This document shows positions 12,729 to 25,608 of a DNA stretch of 64,000 bases, in pieces. The DNA is taken from the NCBI GenBank assembly GCA_964187785.1, contig OZ076409.1:29018001-29082000 (forward strand). Reading direction: 5' to 3'. The notes beneath the pieces are model-generated. The model saw nothing but the letters and a program-made list of their open reading frames with translations, was not told the origin of the DNA and ran no database searches. The DNA comes from Amphiscolops sp. MND2022. Lineage: Eukaryota. The position numbers and the translations under genes were made by a program. How positions within the stretch are numbered: position 1 is the stretch's first letter; the number at the start of each line of letters is the position of its first letter.

Positions 12729-15090
12729 CAGATACTTTGTTCAGCAGTGACTATAAGCGTGAGAATTAAATTTCTCAAGCCGCCGTCTCGTGCGATGGAA
12801 CGAGCGAGTAGTAATTATGCATTCGTACGCTGACGTCATTGAGATGAAGCGAGCGAATGTTCTTAATTATGCTTTCGTAGGCCGAGTTATTGAGGTAAAG
12901 CGAACGAGTGAAAATTATTCACTCGCCGAGAGCTTCGCCTGCATTCAAATGCGAATGCGAAACTTCGTCTACGCTTAGTATTTTTTTAGTCCGAGAAGAA
13001 TTAAAGGCGGTGTAAACTGGTAGAGTGATTAATTGTGCGCTAAATGATGATTAAACAGAAGTGTATTGGTATTCGAGATATCATTCGATTATTAATGAAT
13101 GATTAAAGCAGAAATAATAGTGTGCCCCGGAGCCTATTTTTGGATGGCGGAAATTTCGTCGCCAGAAGATTCGTCATAAGAAATTTCGTCGTGGGAAATT
13201 TCGTCGTATCAACAAATCCAGAAAACTCGTCGTTAGAAATTTCGGTTTAGTATCATCTCACCCCATATCATTTCACCCCACATTCATTTCACACCACATT
13301 CATTTCACCCCACATTTAATTTATCAAATGCGTCTCAGATTATTGAATTTGCCACCCAAAGTCAATCTTAGCGCCAATAGAAAAGCGTCTCCAACCTAAT
13401 TACCAATTAGATAAGCAAACGATGCTTGCTATTTGAACCACAAAAAAGGGGAATTGAAACGCTTCACTTATCGGAATTGTGATTGCAAAATAATTTCCTA
13501 CAGGCCAGTAACTGACCATCAAATCAAATCTAACTCAAAGACAGTAGGCATCAAAGTTTAATTGTTATTTGGTTAACTAAGGTGAGACGCTTTTGTATAA
13601 TTACTATTTGGTGTGAAATGAAAGTGGCGTGGAATGAATGTAGGGTGAAATGAACATGGGGTGAAATGAATATGGAGTGAAATGATATGGGGTGAAATGA
13701 ACGTACACCGAATTTTCGTCGTATTGATAAGAAAAATTCCAATTTGATTATTCGATTATTTATTAATATTTCTGCTTTAGCAGGAATGTTATTGTAACCT
13801 CAAAGTTGGTCCTTTTTTTTTTCAGTCGTCAAATTTCGTCCTACTGAATAATTCAGATATTTTGTTCGGCAGTGAGTGTAAGCGTGGGAAAGCTGCCGAC
13901 AACAATTCAATTCTAGTGCGATAGAACGAGCGAGTGGTAATTATCCATTCGTATGCTGACGTCATTGAGATGAAGCGAATGAGTGTTAATTATTCGTTCG
14001 TTGAGAGCTTCGCCTGCATTCAAATGCGAATGCGAAACTTCGTCTACGCTTAGTTATATTTTCTTTAGTCCGAGAAGAATTAAAGGCGGTGTAAACTTGT
14101 ACAGTGATTAATTGTGCTCTAAGTAATGATTAAACAGGAGTGTATTGGTATTCCAGATATGATTCTTTTATTAATGATTTTTTGTTTTAAAAAAATAAAG
14201 ATTAAAGCAGAAATAGTACTGAGCCCCGGAGGGGCCTATTTTTTAATAAACTGAGATCTTAAGGACAAGTTTCTATTTGAAACCAACATTTTGGCAAAAA
14301 GTTAATTGCTTTCAATTAACTCATCAAGGCGCTTATTGAGCAACAGAAAAATTTCTTCCCAGAATACTTTACTTTCTAATATGGAACTTTTTTTGAAAAT
14401 TTGCACAAAATATTTGAAAATGCGTAGAAATGTGTAAAAATGTGATAATGGAATATTTTTTTTGATACTCTAAAATTTTGTTTTTCAAACTTTTTGTCTC
14501 AAAATTATAAAAGTAGTCACTGATAGCAATTATTGTACAGTTAGCGATATATATCAAGATAATTATAATTATGGATAATAAGATAATAGACACTTTCTAA
14601 TAGATAAGGTAAAATGCGGCAACAATTTCATCATTTCTTCGACAGCGGGAATAATATAGAAATCTGAATTATGCAATTTTTTTCAGCAGAATTTTTATAG
14701 TGATTCCGAGTACCTACTTACTGTGAAATTCAGATATTTTGTTCGGCAGCGAGTATAAGCGTGAAATATAATTTCCTCAAGCTGCCGACAACAATTCGTT
14801 TCTCGTGCGATGAAACGACCGAGTGGTAATTATACATTCGTACGCCGAATTCACTGAGATGAAGCGAGCGAATGTTTTTGTTCGTTCGCCGAGAGCTTTG
14901 TCTGTATTCAAATGCGAAACTTCGTCTACGCTCAGTAGTTATATTTTCTTTAGTCAGAGAAGAGATAAAGGCGGTGTAATCTGGAAGGGTGATTAATTGT
15001 GCGCTTTATAAATGATTAAGATATGCTTCTATTATTGAACATGAAAGCCTAAAAGCAGAAAAAATACTGTGCGCCGCAAGGGCCTATTTT
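12729..15090. repeat. Three diverged copies of a ~350-400 bp repeat (about 12729-13140, 13853-14245, 14730-15090)
   Basis: Each copy has CAGATA(T/C)TTTGTTC, GAGATGAAGCGA, ATGCGAAACTTCGTCTACGCT, AAAGGCGGTGTAA and AAAGCAGAAA..GCCTATTTT in order. Confidence 0.85.
13244..13709. mobile_element. Mutator-type MITE with TCATTTCACCCCA subterminal repeats
   Basis: GG...CC termini, inverted 15-bp arrays (CATTTCACCCCA / TGGGGTGAAATGA), and an 8-bp TSD GAAATTTC / GAATTTTC (1 mismatch). It is inserted in a GAAATTTCGTCG array. Confidence 0.75.
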
Positions 15091-16506
15091 GCAGAATGTA
15101 AGTACTGACGAAGAAATTTCTGATGACGAAGTTTCTGGTAATTTTTTTCCATAGGCACTTATTTTTGGATCTGACCACTCAGTTATAGTTTCACTAAAAC
15201 AACTTGGAGACTGACACAAACTTATTCGGAGACTGACACAAAATCCAAAAGCAAGAAACCGTTGAAAATCTTCTCTTTTCATACGTATTCGCTTTTGACT
15301 AGCGTTAAATGATACACGTTTAGAGCTGCCAACCCTGTTTTGTTGGTTTTGCGCATTCTTTTGTTCATTCCCATCTGTCTCAAGTTTTTTCATCAAAGGC
15401 TTCGCGAGATAATCAATGAGCTTAGTTCGAAATGGTTTTAAAACCACAAGGATTAAGAAAGGATTGATTTGCGAATACAACATTTGAATTGTTGTTCGAA
15501 ACATACTCATGTATTTGTAGATTACGTAACCCGCTGAATACTGAGAGAATTTGCCATCCCTTGTCAAATCTGTGAACATCATGGCGTAATTCGGGGTCCA
15601 GCAAAACATCCAACAAACCCAGCTAATGCAAAGAGCTATTGATAAGTTGCGGTTTCGTTCTTCGTCTAACTCACGCTTCAGAATCAGCTTGCAGATGGAG
15701 ATGTAGAAGAAGGCTGAGGCTATGGCTGGAAAAACCATAAACAATGACGCTTCGAATATTATCCTCAGACGGTCTCGAAACAAGAAAGCCACACAGTTGC
15801 CAACAAAAGAGGGTTGTTTGGAGTGTTGCAAACCATATTCTCCAAACTCCGATGGGCTGAACTCCATCAAAAGTATGTTTGAAATTGCGCCGCAAGATGC
15901 AACCACAATTATCAAGCTTGCCATAAAAACCAATTTTTTGTGAGTCAGAAAATCTGACGTTGGATGACAAACAAGGATGTATCGAATAAACGATGTCGTT
16001 AGAATGCAGATACCGGTCGAATATTCGTTAAGAAGTGAACGAAAGAACATCAAGATGCAGTCGAAAACTGTTTGCATCTCCAGACTTCGTAAAATTCTCG
16101 GCATCGACACTGGTTGTGAAGCAGGGTCAGCGTGACCCCAATGCGTAGAAAATGCGGTGAAGTAAATCCTGATTTCGTACAATAAACTTGCAAGACCCGG
16201 ACCCAAGAGGTCTATCAAAGCCTGGAACCCAATTGGAAAAAACTTCAAATCCCGGAATTCTTTTTCAGACAAGCAGAAAACAATCAACAGGAAATTCAAA
16301 AGCGCACAGGAAAGGCTGAGGACGGTTGTCATTGCCATTTTGATCAACATTGCGTTCACTACAGCAGTCAAATTGTCAAACTCGTAGTAAAGGTATTCAC
16401 TATTATACCACGTGGATGTGTTCTCATTATATTCAAAAGGCGTGGTATTTGTTCTCATCGAAACGTTACCAGTTGCAATGTAATTGTTTGTGAAGTAAGA
16501 AGCCAT
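15049..16506 (-). CDS. Class A (rhodopsin-like) 7TM GPCR, orphan/peptide-receptor-like; the coding exon probably ends at 15285
   Basis: N-terminal N-glycosylation sequons and seven hydrophobic segments, with TM2 ALIDLL, TM3 SFIRYILVCHP, TM6 CWTP and TM7 INPFLI. The ORF tail runs into a repeat, and a GTATGA donor lies at 15284. Confidence 0.88.
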   Translation of the reverse strand: MASYFTNNYIATGNVSMRTNTTPFEYNENTSTWYNSEYLYYEFDNLTAVVNAMLIKMAMTTVLSLSCALLNFLLIVFCLSEKEFRDLKFFPIGFQALIDLLGPGLASLLYEIRIYFTAFSTHWGHADPASQPVSMPRILRSLEMQTVFDCILMFFRSLLNEYSTGICILTTSFIRYILVCHPTSDFLTHKKLVFMASLIIVVASCGAISNILLMEFSPSEFGEYGLQHSKQPSFVGNCVAFLFRDRLRIIFEASLFMVFPAIASAFFYISICKLILKRELDEERNRNLSIALCISWVCWMFCWTPNYAMMFTDLTRDGKFSQYSAGYVIYKYMSMFRTTIQMLYSQINPFLILVVLKPFRTKLIDYLAKPLMKKLETDGNEQKNAQNQQNRVGSSKRVSFNASQKRIRMKREDFQRFLAFGFCVSLRISLCQSPSCFSETITEWSDPKISAYGKKLPETSSSEISSSVLTFCKIGPCGAQYFFCF

Positions 16507-16868
16507 GGTTTTCCAGATGTGCTAGTATTCTGCGAATTAGAGGAGGGAAAACTTTGATGAATACTTCGAGAAGTATTGAGAAGCTTCTAAAAGAGTTTAC
16601 GATCAGGATTTTTCTATGGAGTATATGAAGTATATACTCTATGGTAGCAAAAAAAAACTAAAGGCAGCTAATATATCGCAGGCGCTAACATTAAAAGCTC
16701 ATTTTTTCTTGTTCAAGTCATGCGTTTGACAAAAAAGTCCCAGGAGCGAAAGTTCTTCAGATTCTTATCGGAATTACAACGAAAGTTTAATTTTTGTAAC
16801 CGAATAAAAGTTTTTAAAAAATCTCACTTGGTAATTTAACCTTAAATGGGCCAGGACATTTCCGGATC

Positions 16869-17285
16869 CATCCAAAAATCTGGTGTTTAAACTTTACACC
16901 GCAATAGCTCCTAAATTATGCAAGTCCGACAAACGATTTATTCATGGCGCGTTCAAAAGAAGACAATCAGCGTTTCAATTTGATTTTTGAAATGCTGGAC
17001 TGGGGGCCCGCTAGCGCGAGCCCCTTGCGCGCAAAGTTTTTTGCGAGAAGTCCTCTGCTGGCATGCGGCTTTGCCGCACTGGCTCCGGACTTTGCGCCAA
17101 AACTTTGCACGCGTCGTGTCCCTGATTGCATTTCAGCATGTTTCAAAACATGCTAGGGTCAGTTTGACCCAATCTTGATACCAGTGGGAAAAAAGGGCCA
17201 GAAACGAAAACCGGAAAAACGGAAAATCTGCGCTCAATTTTTTTCTGATTTTTTGGTCCCATTTTCATGATTTCGGAGACATCAA
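16869..17285. repeat. Dispersed repeat, copy 2 (copy 1 at 6064-6457)
   Basis: Same ordered sequence blocks as 6064-6457. Confidence 0.75.
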
Positions 17286-17920
17286 TCATGCCAATATTCC
17301 GTGAACTGGCGTACAGTGTTATGTCACATCCCTTGTTGAACTTGCTTGAACTTTTTATATGTTCTTTAAAGTTGCCAGCAACTTTTTCAATGATTTTCTA
17401 AATCTCTTACGGAAACTTCAATGCGTTATTATTTCCCTGTTGTCATCAACTTTTATCAAGCTGCTTCAAAGAATCATCAAAGTTTTGGCGGCAATTTCAA
17501 GCCGTGAAGTTCTGCGAGTTTTATCATGCATCAGTTCTAAGTTTAAATGCATCTGAGACGTTCACAATTTTGCCGCCATTTCAATGCAATTTAATTTCAT
17601 TCACAATGTAAACAGCAAACTAGCGTCATCTTCAGCGTCTTATTTGAGAAGCGGTGGTTAAATCAGATGAGTAGTTGAGAAATTAATGTGTGAATAAAAC
17701 GTGATCATGTCCATAAAGAATAGGGAAATATTTTCAAATTTAATTGCAATAGTGGAGAATGCAGTGTAATTCTACAAGATTTACCACCGGAACCTTACTG
17801 AATTTTCTAGGTTTTATAAAAAATTACCCTGCATGCAGGCCTGCAGCATGTAAAAAGTTCAAGCAGTCTCAACTAGGGATAACACTGTACGCCAGTTCAC
17901 GGAATATTGACATGATTGAT
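17281..17920. mobile_element. Non-autonomous TIR element with 42-bp inverted termini
   Basis: ATCAATCATGCCAATATTCCGTGAACTGGCGTACAGTGTTAT (17281) and its reverse complement with 1 mismatch ending at 17920. Confidence 0.65.
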
Positions 17921-17928
17921 GATTGACA

Positions 17929-18160
17929 TTTTTGCGTAATGAAGTCCGAAAAATTCCAAAATCTTTAATCCTAAATGGACCATGGTACGATATCGTACCA
18001 GTTAAATTCTGCAAAGTTCTAAACGCACCAGCTGACCGTATGGCAAAGAAAACTCTTGAATAGGACTTTCAGACAATTTTACGGTAAAAAATTCAGAAAT
18101 CGTACCATGGTCCATTTAGGGTTAAAGATTTTAGAATTTTTCGGACTTCATTACGCAAAA
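17929..18160. mobile_element. Small MITE with ~60-bp inverted termini
   Basis: TTTTGCGTAATGAAGTCCGAAAAATTC...GGACCATGGTACGAT mirrored by ATCGTACCATGGTCC...TTCGGACTTCATTACGCAAAA. Confidence 0.65.
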
Positions 18161-19559
18161 TCTCGAAAACTACTTAACAGAAGAAAGACATCCTTTAATA
18201 ATTTCTGCAGCCTTGACATCGTTGTTCAAGTTTCCTTCCTAACTCTTTTCTTTTCTTCTCTTCCCAATGCTTGCTTGAAAATGGAAAGCTAAATATCGTT
18301 GTAATTTCGTCGTTACTAAATTTTATAGGGTAAAGAATGAAAAAGTTACATTTTGCGATCATTTTGCTTCGCAAATTTCTAGATAGACCATTTCCTGAAA
18401 AAATTGAATTCAAAAGTTAGAGATCTGAATCAAAAGTAGGACGTTTTGGCATCTTTTTTGTTTGAAGTGCGTTTTTCGAAGTCTGGCAAGATGGTTTTTT
18501 GTTTGAGTTCAAAACAACAAGCCAGAAACGGCCCAAATCGGCGCCCCGCTCAAGGTTCTAAAAAGTAAAGTTTCTTATATTTTCAAAAGCACACCTTTAT
18601 TATTTCATCAATTTTACAGTGACAAAAATTACCCCAAAAAGATAGGTATAAGCGGGCGCAATAAGGTTAGCCCAAAAATTTGCGGTAGCATACATCCTCA
18701 AAAATGTCACGTTTTTCCAAGATCTCGTGAAAGAGCCGTCAGAATGTACTGGAACTTTACATGCGGTCCAAAATTAGCAACACAAGAAAAAGTTCCTGTT
18801 GACGTTGAGGAGTGCGGGTATTTACACTTGCGATAAGCAAGTGTTATGGGAAAGTGCGGGTGCTTTTTTTCCGCGCGACAACTCTCTCGTTTCAGACCGC
18901 CAGTCGCATAGTCTGAATTTGTGGCCGTGCAAGTCGCAACTTCTGGCACTTGGCATAGAGGTTAATTAGGATTTTTTGAGGTCTGCCAAGCAGAAGGACG
19001 TGGGTTCGAGTCTCGCCCTTGACCAAAATTTTTTGTGCATGTTATTTCGGCTTTGTTTTTTTTCGCAATTTTTTTTATGTCACCAAAGATTCCTCCCTTC
19101 ATTTTTTTGGTATTTTGCAACAGAATGGATGTTAAAAAAATCTCAAAGTGCCCCCCTTCTACAGTTTTTAGCATTGTGAGATTTTTCAAATCGAATAATT
19201 TTTGTCTTAAAATTAGGTTTTTTCAGGCCCAGCACGCTATATCCGATTTTTTTTAAAGACCGCTGTTTTTTCTATGCGACTTTTTTATCTAATATGTTTT
19301 CATCGAAGCCCCCTCAATTTTTACTAGACACGAAACGTTTTGCGAGCATAAGGCACTGCTCAAGGTTTCCGGCATTATGCGATTTGTCGGAGACCTTCAT
19401 CAAAAAATTTTTTCCCTCAATTTTTTGTTTTTTTAAAGGTTTACGGTTGAGAAAGATGGGTTTTCTGTTGTTTCGAGTTGGAGAAGAATTGTTTTCAAGA
19501 TTTATGGGTATCCCTTCGGGATTTTTTGACGTAAAATTGATGAAATTTTAACAATGTCC

Positions 19560-21833
19560 TGTTACGACTATTTACCGGTGTTGTTTTAGGGTTAGTCGTA
19601 GTGTGTGTCTTAACGTGAGTGGACGTCCTTGTTACGGAAACATTTTCGGGCTCAGAATCAGAGTCTTGGACGTTCATGTGGACAGTTTGTTTCTTGTTCA
19701 AAGGTGCTATCAGTTTAGGCATTTCCTTTTGGTTCTCTGCAAGTATTTTTGTTAAATCAGACATGATTTCTTTCCTTAGAGACGTTTTTATCTCAATCAG
19801 ACTCCCAGGTTCTATTCTACGAACTTTACTAGAGCTAGCTACAAGGTTTTCAGACGTAGAGTTTTCGGCTACAGAGGTTTCAAAATCCCCAGAAACTAAC
19901 TCAGCTACAGCTTTCCTTTTCTGGCTTCTAGTTGTCATTTTCGCAGTTAGAAAAGTAGATTCTCCGGCAAAAGGTGAATTCTTCGAAGAAGATTTTTTCA
20001 ACGTTAAAACAACGGAACAGTTTAGGTTTATTACAACTCACAAAGTTAACTAACTGAATTTACATGTCCTGTCTAAGTATATATACCTTCTTAGCATCAT
20101 TTGTTCTTCACCTAAAAATTCCTAGGTATCATAAAAATCGGGTTTGTTCATCAAAAAGCGCTTATGATTCAAGTTATTTCAGTCCCGCGTCATGAAATCA
20201 GGTATCGAAATTCCTAGTTGCGTCAGAATTCCGTAAAACTTCGTTGAAATCATTTTTGTTCAGGCGATCCATTTCCTGTCTAAGCCTTAAAATTGCGGCA
20301 AAATGAAAGTCTAACTTAAATTTTCATCGGCGTAGGCACGCCGGCGTGATTGATTAGTCAATTCCTAACTCAAGAAAGTTGAGATTCGAAGCAAAAGAAT
20401 GACTCGCAAAAATTGTAGCGGAATTGAAACGGAGCGAAGGGAATTCTAGAACGCGGATATTTGAATATTATTGAGGAACATGCAATGCTAAGAAAAATAT
20501 AATGATGATCAACAACTGATTCGTGTAAACCGAACAACTGCATCTACAGTAAACTCAAACTTGACCTATACGTGGCCATAACGTAACAAGTACAAATTAC
20601 AAAGTACAAATAGGTAGGAAAAAATACACCTGCAGACAACAATTACTTTGCACCCGAATGAACATCGTGTATGAATAAATAAAACAGTTATCCTGCAAGA
20701 ATACCACTTGGTTTGGGTTTGACGTTAACTTTACGTTACGTTCTGTGAAATATTTTAGCGATAAGCCACTAATTACTGAATACAAAAAAACTCTTAATGT
20801 GACGTAAGGTAAACGTGATTTGGGAAATTATTGTAATAGCATCGTTACCCTTCAATCATTGTTTTAACTTCTCTTTACAGTACAACCTTTTACATGAGGA
20901 CTTATTTCCAGAACCCTTTAAGTGCGTCGATTCAGAAAAAACCTCATTTGATTTCCGTTTAAACTAATGCTTCATCGGTACTATTCTACAAATTGCTCCG
21001 TAGGTGCTCCGTACGTATTGAGATCAACTATAGCTGAGTGGCGAAATACAATTTTACAATTCGCTCCGTAGCTGCTCCGTACGTATTACGATTAGTTATA
21101 GCCAAGCAGCGGTGGCTGACGGAGTTAAAGCGGAGAGCGTAGGCGAATTCATTCTTTTTTTAGCTAATTGGCGTTGCTAGGGGCAACCAAGCATGGTTTC
21201 TATTAGCTCGAGCTCAAATAATCCAACTAAAGGAGCGACGCTATTGGTCCGTAAAAATAGAAGCACCTATTACCAGCTTAGTTGAGCGACGCAGTCAAGG
21301 CGCTGTAAACATTCTCTTAAGTTGCTTGATTACACGCTTAAGTGAATATTGACAACCAAATAATCGCCGGAAAGCACTTCCACTATTCTGTCTGTATGTT
21401 CTTTCATTTTAGATCGTATGTACTCCGTTGGGATCTCGGAGTTGAATATTATTTTCAATGTTTTCATTTTAGTGTGGAACAGAAGAAAATTGATCCCGAT
21501 TGGAGAATGTTTTTGTCTTAATGTTTAGATTAGTATGACTAAATTCAGAAGACAATACCGGAAATGAGAGTAGCGTTACGCGTGAAAATATTTGACCGGA
21601 AGTTTTAGCTAGTTTAGAATCATTTCTGAAAAATATTCCGTAACGTTTACGTTGGATTTTCGCATTCGGAGAATTACTTGCAATTGATTTAGCTGTACTG
21701 TAAAGAGAGTTTAGGTTAGTTTATCAAAGTTTCTAAGTTTAATGATAATTACCTCGACCTTGTCCCCGGCCTCTACCAAATCCTGGGGTGCTGCTGCAAC
21801 AGGTGAAATTGCGACCGGGAGCGGGTCGTGACA
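19560..21833 (-). mobile_element. Solo LTR (2274 bp) carrying the 5' end of a gag-like ORF
   Basis: Termini TGTTACGAC...GTCGTGACA (TG..CA, 8/9 inverted match) with a perfect 5-bp TSD TGTCC at 19555-19559 and 21834-21838. The ORF from ATG 19938 (MTTRSQKRKAVAELV...) runs to the LTR edge. Confidence 0.85.
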
Positions 21834-22903
21834 TGTCCTTTTACCCTTGGCTCTCCGTATGATATTGTTTATTTGGGTTTCTTCAAAAATTCTCAACTTT
21901 CTTCGCAAGTGTTTGCGAAGCACGGCTTCGCCACTGTGTTCAAAAAATGTTATGGCTCTTTTAGTCCAAAAGTAAGACAATTTTGAAACTTTTGAGCTTT
22001 TATCCCAAAAAACATAACCTTTTGGACCTTGACCGTTTCTAGCGAAAAACACTTAATTTTTTCACCTGGTCTCCGGTTATTTTTCACACAATTAGTTCTT
22101 CGGTAGATAGTCATCTATTCAGAAACTCACTCTTTTCCGGTTACTTTTTCAGGTTACTACCCACACGCAATCAGCAGTCAGAATTTGAGGTCTCTACTAA
22201 AGGTTTTGGAAAAATCGGGTTGCCCAAGATGTCTGAAACATTTTTCAATGACTACAGTTTTTTTCCAATACTTTTTGGGCTTTATCTCGACGATTTAACT
22301 TGTTCAGTTTGTTCAGTGTGATTTGATTGAAAATTGGAATTCTTGTGAGAAGCTCAATTATACCGCTGCGCTGGAAAAATACTCCCGCAGGTTATATTTG
22401 TGAATGAAAAAAGGTAAAACATCAAAATTAGGCAATTTTTCACAGACAAAATTCGCAACGAGGGATTTTTAAAATTGTTTTTAATTTTCTGACTGCACCT
22501 TGTGATCGCAAAAGATTTGCCAGAACTAGTCACCTCAATGCCATTTGATAATTCTACGGTAGAGGCCGAACAAGTTTTTTGCTACTAAGAATGAAAACAA
22601 CAGTACCTTTTGATAGCCTCTCAAGTTGAAACACCCCAAAATACTAGCTTGCACCTCTGAAATTATGTTGTTAACTGTTTAGGATTCTACTCTATCCTTA
22701 GGTGTTTGAATCAGGTCATGCATTGTTTTGTTCAGTTTTTGATCAGCAACATTGAACTCGAAGACAACTTGTTTCATTTTCGTCATTTCTGTGTCATTTT
22801 TGTCACTACAGCGCTACATACCGTTTCGACGCCCACAGTCTGTCCTTCGATGACGTATGCCATATCATTTCTCTCGACGCCCGCGCTTTCTAGATTAACT
22901 ACT

Positions 22904-24292
22904 AACAAGACGGGAACGTCTCAAGTCGGCGCTATATCTAAGGCTCAAAAAGCGCAAAACATTTTTTTTGGAAAAAAACTTGAAATTTTCGAAAAAAAAA
23001 TCTTTCGGAAAATGTCGCACAGTGCCGAAAAATGTAAAAGGGGGACCCTTTTTGATTTATAAACACGCATTCTGTAGCAAAATAACAAAAAACTCAAAAG
23101 GGGGACCCTTTGGGGACATTAAAAACTTTCGAAAAAAGTCGCACAGTGCCGAAAAAAAAATCGAAAGGGGGGGGGGGGAACTTTAGTCCCGTCCGGGCTT
23201 GTATGTAACGTTTAAAAAGTAAACGAATGCGCTCCCCGTTTGCCTTTAGCGGTCCAGTAGTTTAGTACTTATTTAGTAGTTGAACGTTAATTTTAACGTT
23301 CGTCGCTTCGAGTCTGTCTTAAATAAAACAAGACGAGAACGCCTCAAGTCGGCGCTATATCTAAGGTTCAAAAAGCGCAAAACATTTTTTTTGGAAAAAA
23401 ACTTGAAATTTTCGAAAAAAATTTTCTTTCGGAAAATGTCGCACAGTGCCGAAAAATGTAAAAGGGGGGACCCTTTTTGATTTATAAACACGCATTCTGT
23501 AGCAAAATAACAAAAAACTCAAAGGGGGGACCCTTTGGGGACATTAAAAAAAATTCGAAAAAAAATCTCACAGCGCCGAAAAAAAATCGAAAGGGGGGGG
23601 TACGAAACTTTAGTCCCGTCCGGGCTTGTATGTAACGTTGAAAAAGTAAATGAATGCGCTCCCCGTTTGCCTTTAGCGGTCCAGTAGTTTAGTACTTATT
23701 TAGTAGTTGAACGTTAATTTTAACGTTCGTCGCTTCGAGTCTGTCTTGAATAAAACAAGACGAGAACGCCTCAAGTCGGCGCTATATCTAAGGTTCAAAA
23801 AGCGCAAAACATTTTTTTTGGAAAAAAACTTGAAATTTTCGAAAAAAATTTTCTTTCGGAAAATGTCGCACAGTGCCGAAAAATGTAAAAGGGGGGACCC
23901 TTTTTGATTTATAAACACGCATTCTGTAGCAAAATAACAAAAAACTCAAAGGGGGGACCCTTTGGGGACATTAAAAAAAATTCGAAAAAAAATCTCACAG
24001 CGCCGAAAAAAAATCGAAAGGGGGGGGGGTACGAAACTTTAGTCCCGTCCGGGCTTGTATGTAACGTTGAAAAAGTAAATGAATGCGCTCCCCGTTTGCC
24101 TTTAGCGGTCCAGTAGTTTAGTACTTATTTAGTAGTTGAACGTTAATTTTAACGTTCGTCGCTTCGAGTCTGTCTTGAATAAAAAAAACGAGTGACTGTA
24201 ATAGTCGGGCTCTTTTCTTAAGAAAAGCGCCGACTAAAGAACGAGTGACTGTAATAGTCGGGCTCTTTTCTTAAGAAAAACGCCGACTAAAA
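22904..24292 (-). mobile_element. Head-to-tail array of three ~427-bp Helentron/DINE-1-like units with a duplicated terminal stem-loop
   Basis: Units start AACAAGACG at 22904, 23327 and 23754. The terminal block CGAGTGACTGTAATAGTCGGGCTCTTTTCTTAAGAAAA..CGCCGACTAAA occurs twice (~24189-24292). Confidence 0.75.
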
Positions 24293-25608
24293 ACAGCTGC
24301 ACGGACAAAGTATAATATCAACGCTGAAATGACACTGCTGTAGACGAAAATCAGGAACGAATTTGGAATCAGGAACGAGAATCATTTGGAAAGAACTGAA
24401 TCGAACTTTTCGAATGAATCCAGACCATGATTATGCACAGAGCGGGTATAATAATGATCAACATGATAAAATGCCGTACTTGGTCAAGCGAGGGTTCAGT
24501 GCCTCGATTGACCAGGAGAAAAAACATGTAAATAAGTGAACGAGGTCGATGTGACTTGAAAAATAACAACCTGGGAACAGGCCAAGTCGGCGTCCCGCTC
24601 AAGATTCAAAAATAGCTGTTTGTGAACTAGAAAAATCAGGAAAACCCGAAAAAAAGAAAACAAAATCAATTTTTTGTGCTGTCAAACAAAGTATTCGAAA
24701 GACCCGAAAAGACAAAAACCCGAAAGACCTTCTAAAATTGCAAAACGTTTTTTCCAAGCCAAATTTGTTTATTAAGCGAGGGTGTATATATATTTACAGT
24801 GCCGAAAAATACCGGAAGGAATGCACACAATAGTCGAAAACCAATTGGGAACAACAAAATACCAATTTTCATTTAAAAATATGCACATTTTTTTTCGTAA
24901 AAAGGTCTCATAGTGCCAAAAATGGAATAGTATTGTGGCAAAACGCTTTTTACGCCCATGAAAGTGAACGGAGTATACTTTGACCTAACAAAATAGTTTT
25001 TGAAGAAAATTCGCACAGTGTTGAAAAATACCGCAGGTTTTTCCCGCAGGTATTGAGAAAACTCTCATCAGTCCCACATACCTGAAAAAAACAAAGATGT
25101 CATCCTTAAGGCTTTGTAAAGAGTTGTCTTAACAGAAAACCTCAAAAACTTTTTCAACAATTTTTTTCAACAAAAGTCATACAGTGACGAAAAATTCGAA
25201 GGGGGTCCAGGATGCTCGCAAAGCGCTTTGTTTCTGATAAATATTGAACGAGGGCTTCAGAAAAAAAATGGGAAAAGAGCCGCATAGTGCCGAAAAACTC
25301 TAAGGGCGACCTGTTTGGGCCCAAAGGGCTTTTTTGCATTTATTGTCAACAGAAATATCACCTATTTCACAATTCACATATTTTGTGCTTTTTCCAATTT
25401 TAGAAGAAAACACAGCATCAAAACAGATAAGATTCGAACATCGGCCTCCTACCTAGTAAAACGCAGTTAGTTGAAGTTCTTGAGTGTTTTTGTATCACTT
25501 AGCCATGTTGTATCAGATCAGAATGTACAATAACATTGTATTGACATTCGCTTTTGTCTCACTAACATTTACACGGAGTGTTCATATCATGTATAAATAG
25601 GGCTAAAC

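Noticed and set aside
15049..15284. C-terminal 78 codons of the GPCR ORF as real coding sequence
   Set aside because: The end overlaps the third copy of the 12729-15090 repeat and follows a good splice donor, so it is more likely intron read-through (not excluded).
22706..24116. Lys/Phe-rich short ORFs in repeats (also 18962-19551 and 29052-29390)
   Set aside because: They are translations of A/T-run-rich non-autonomous elements with no domain signal.
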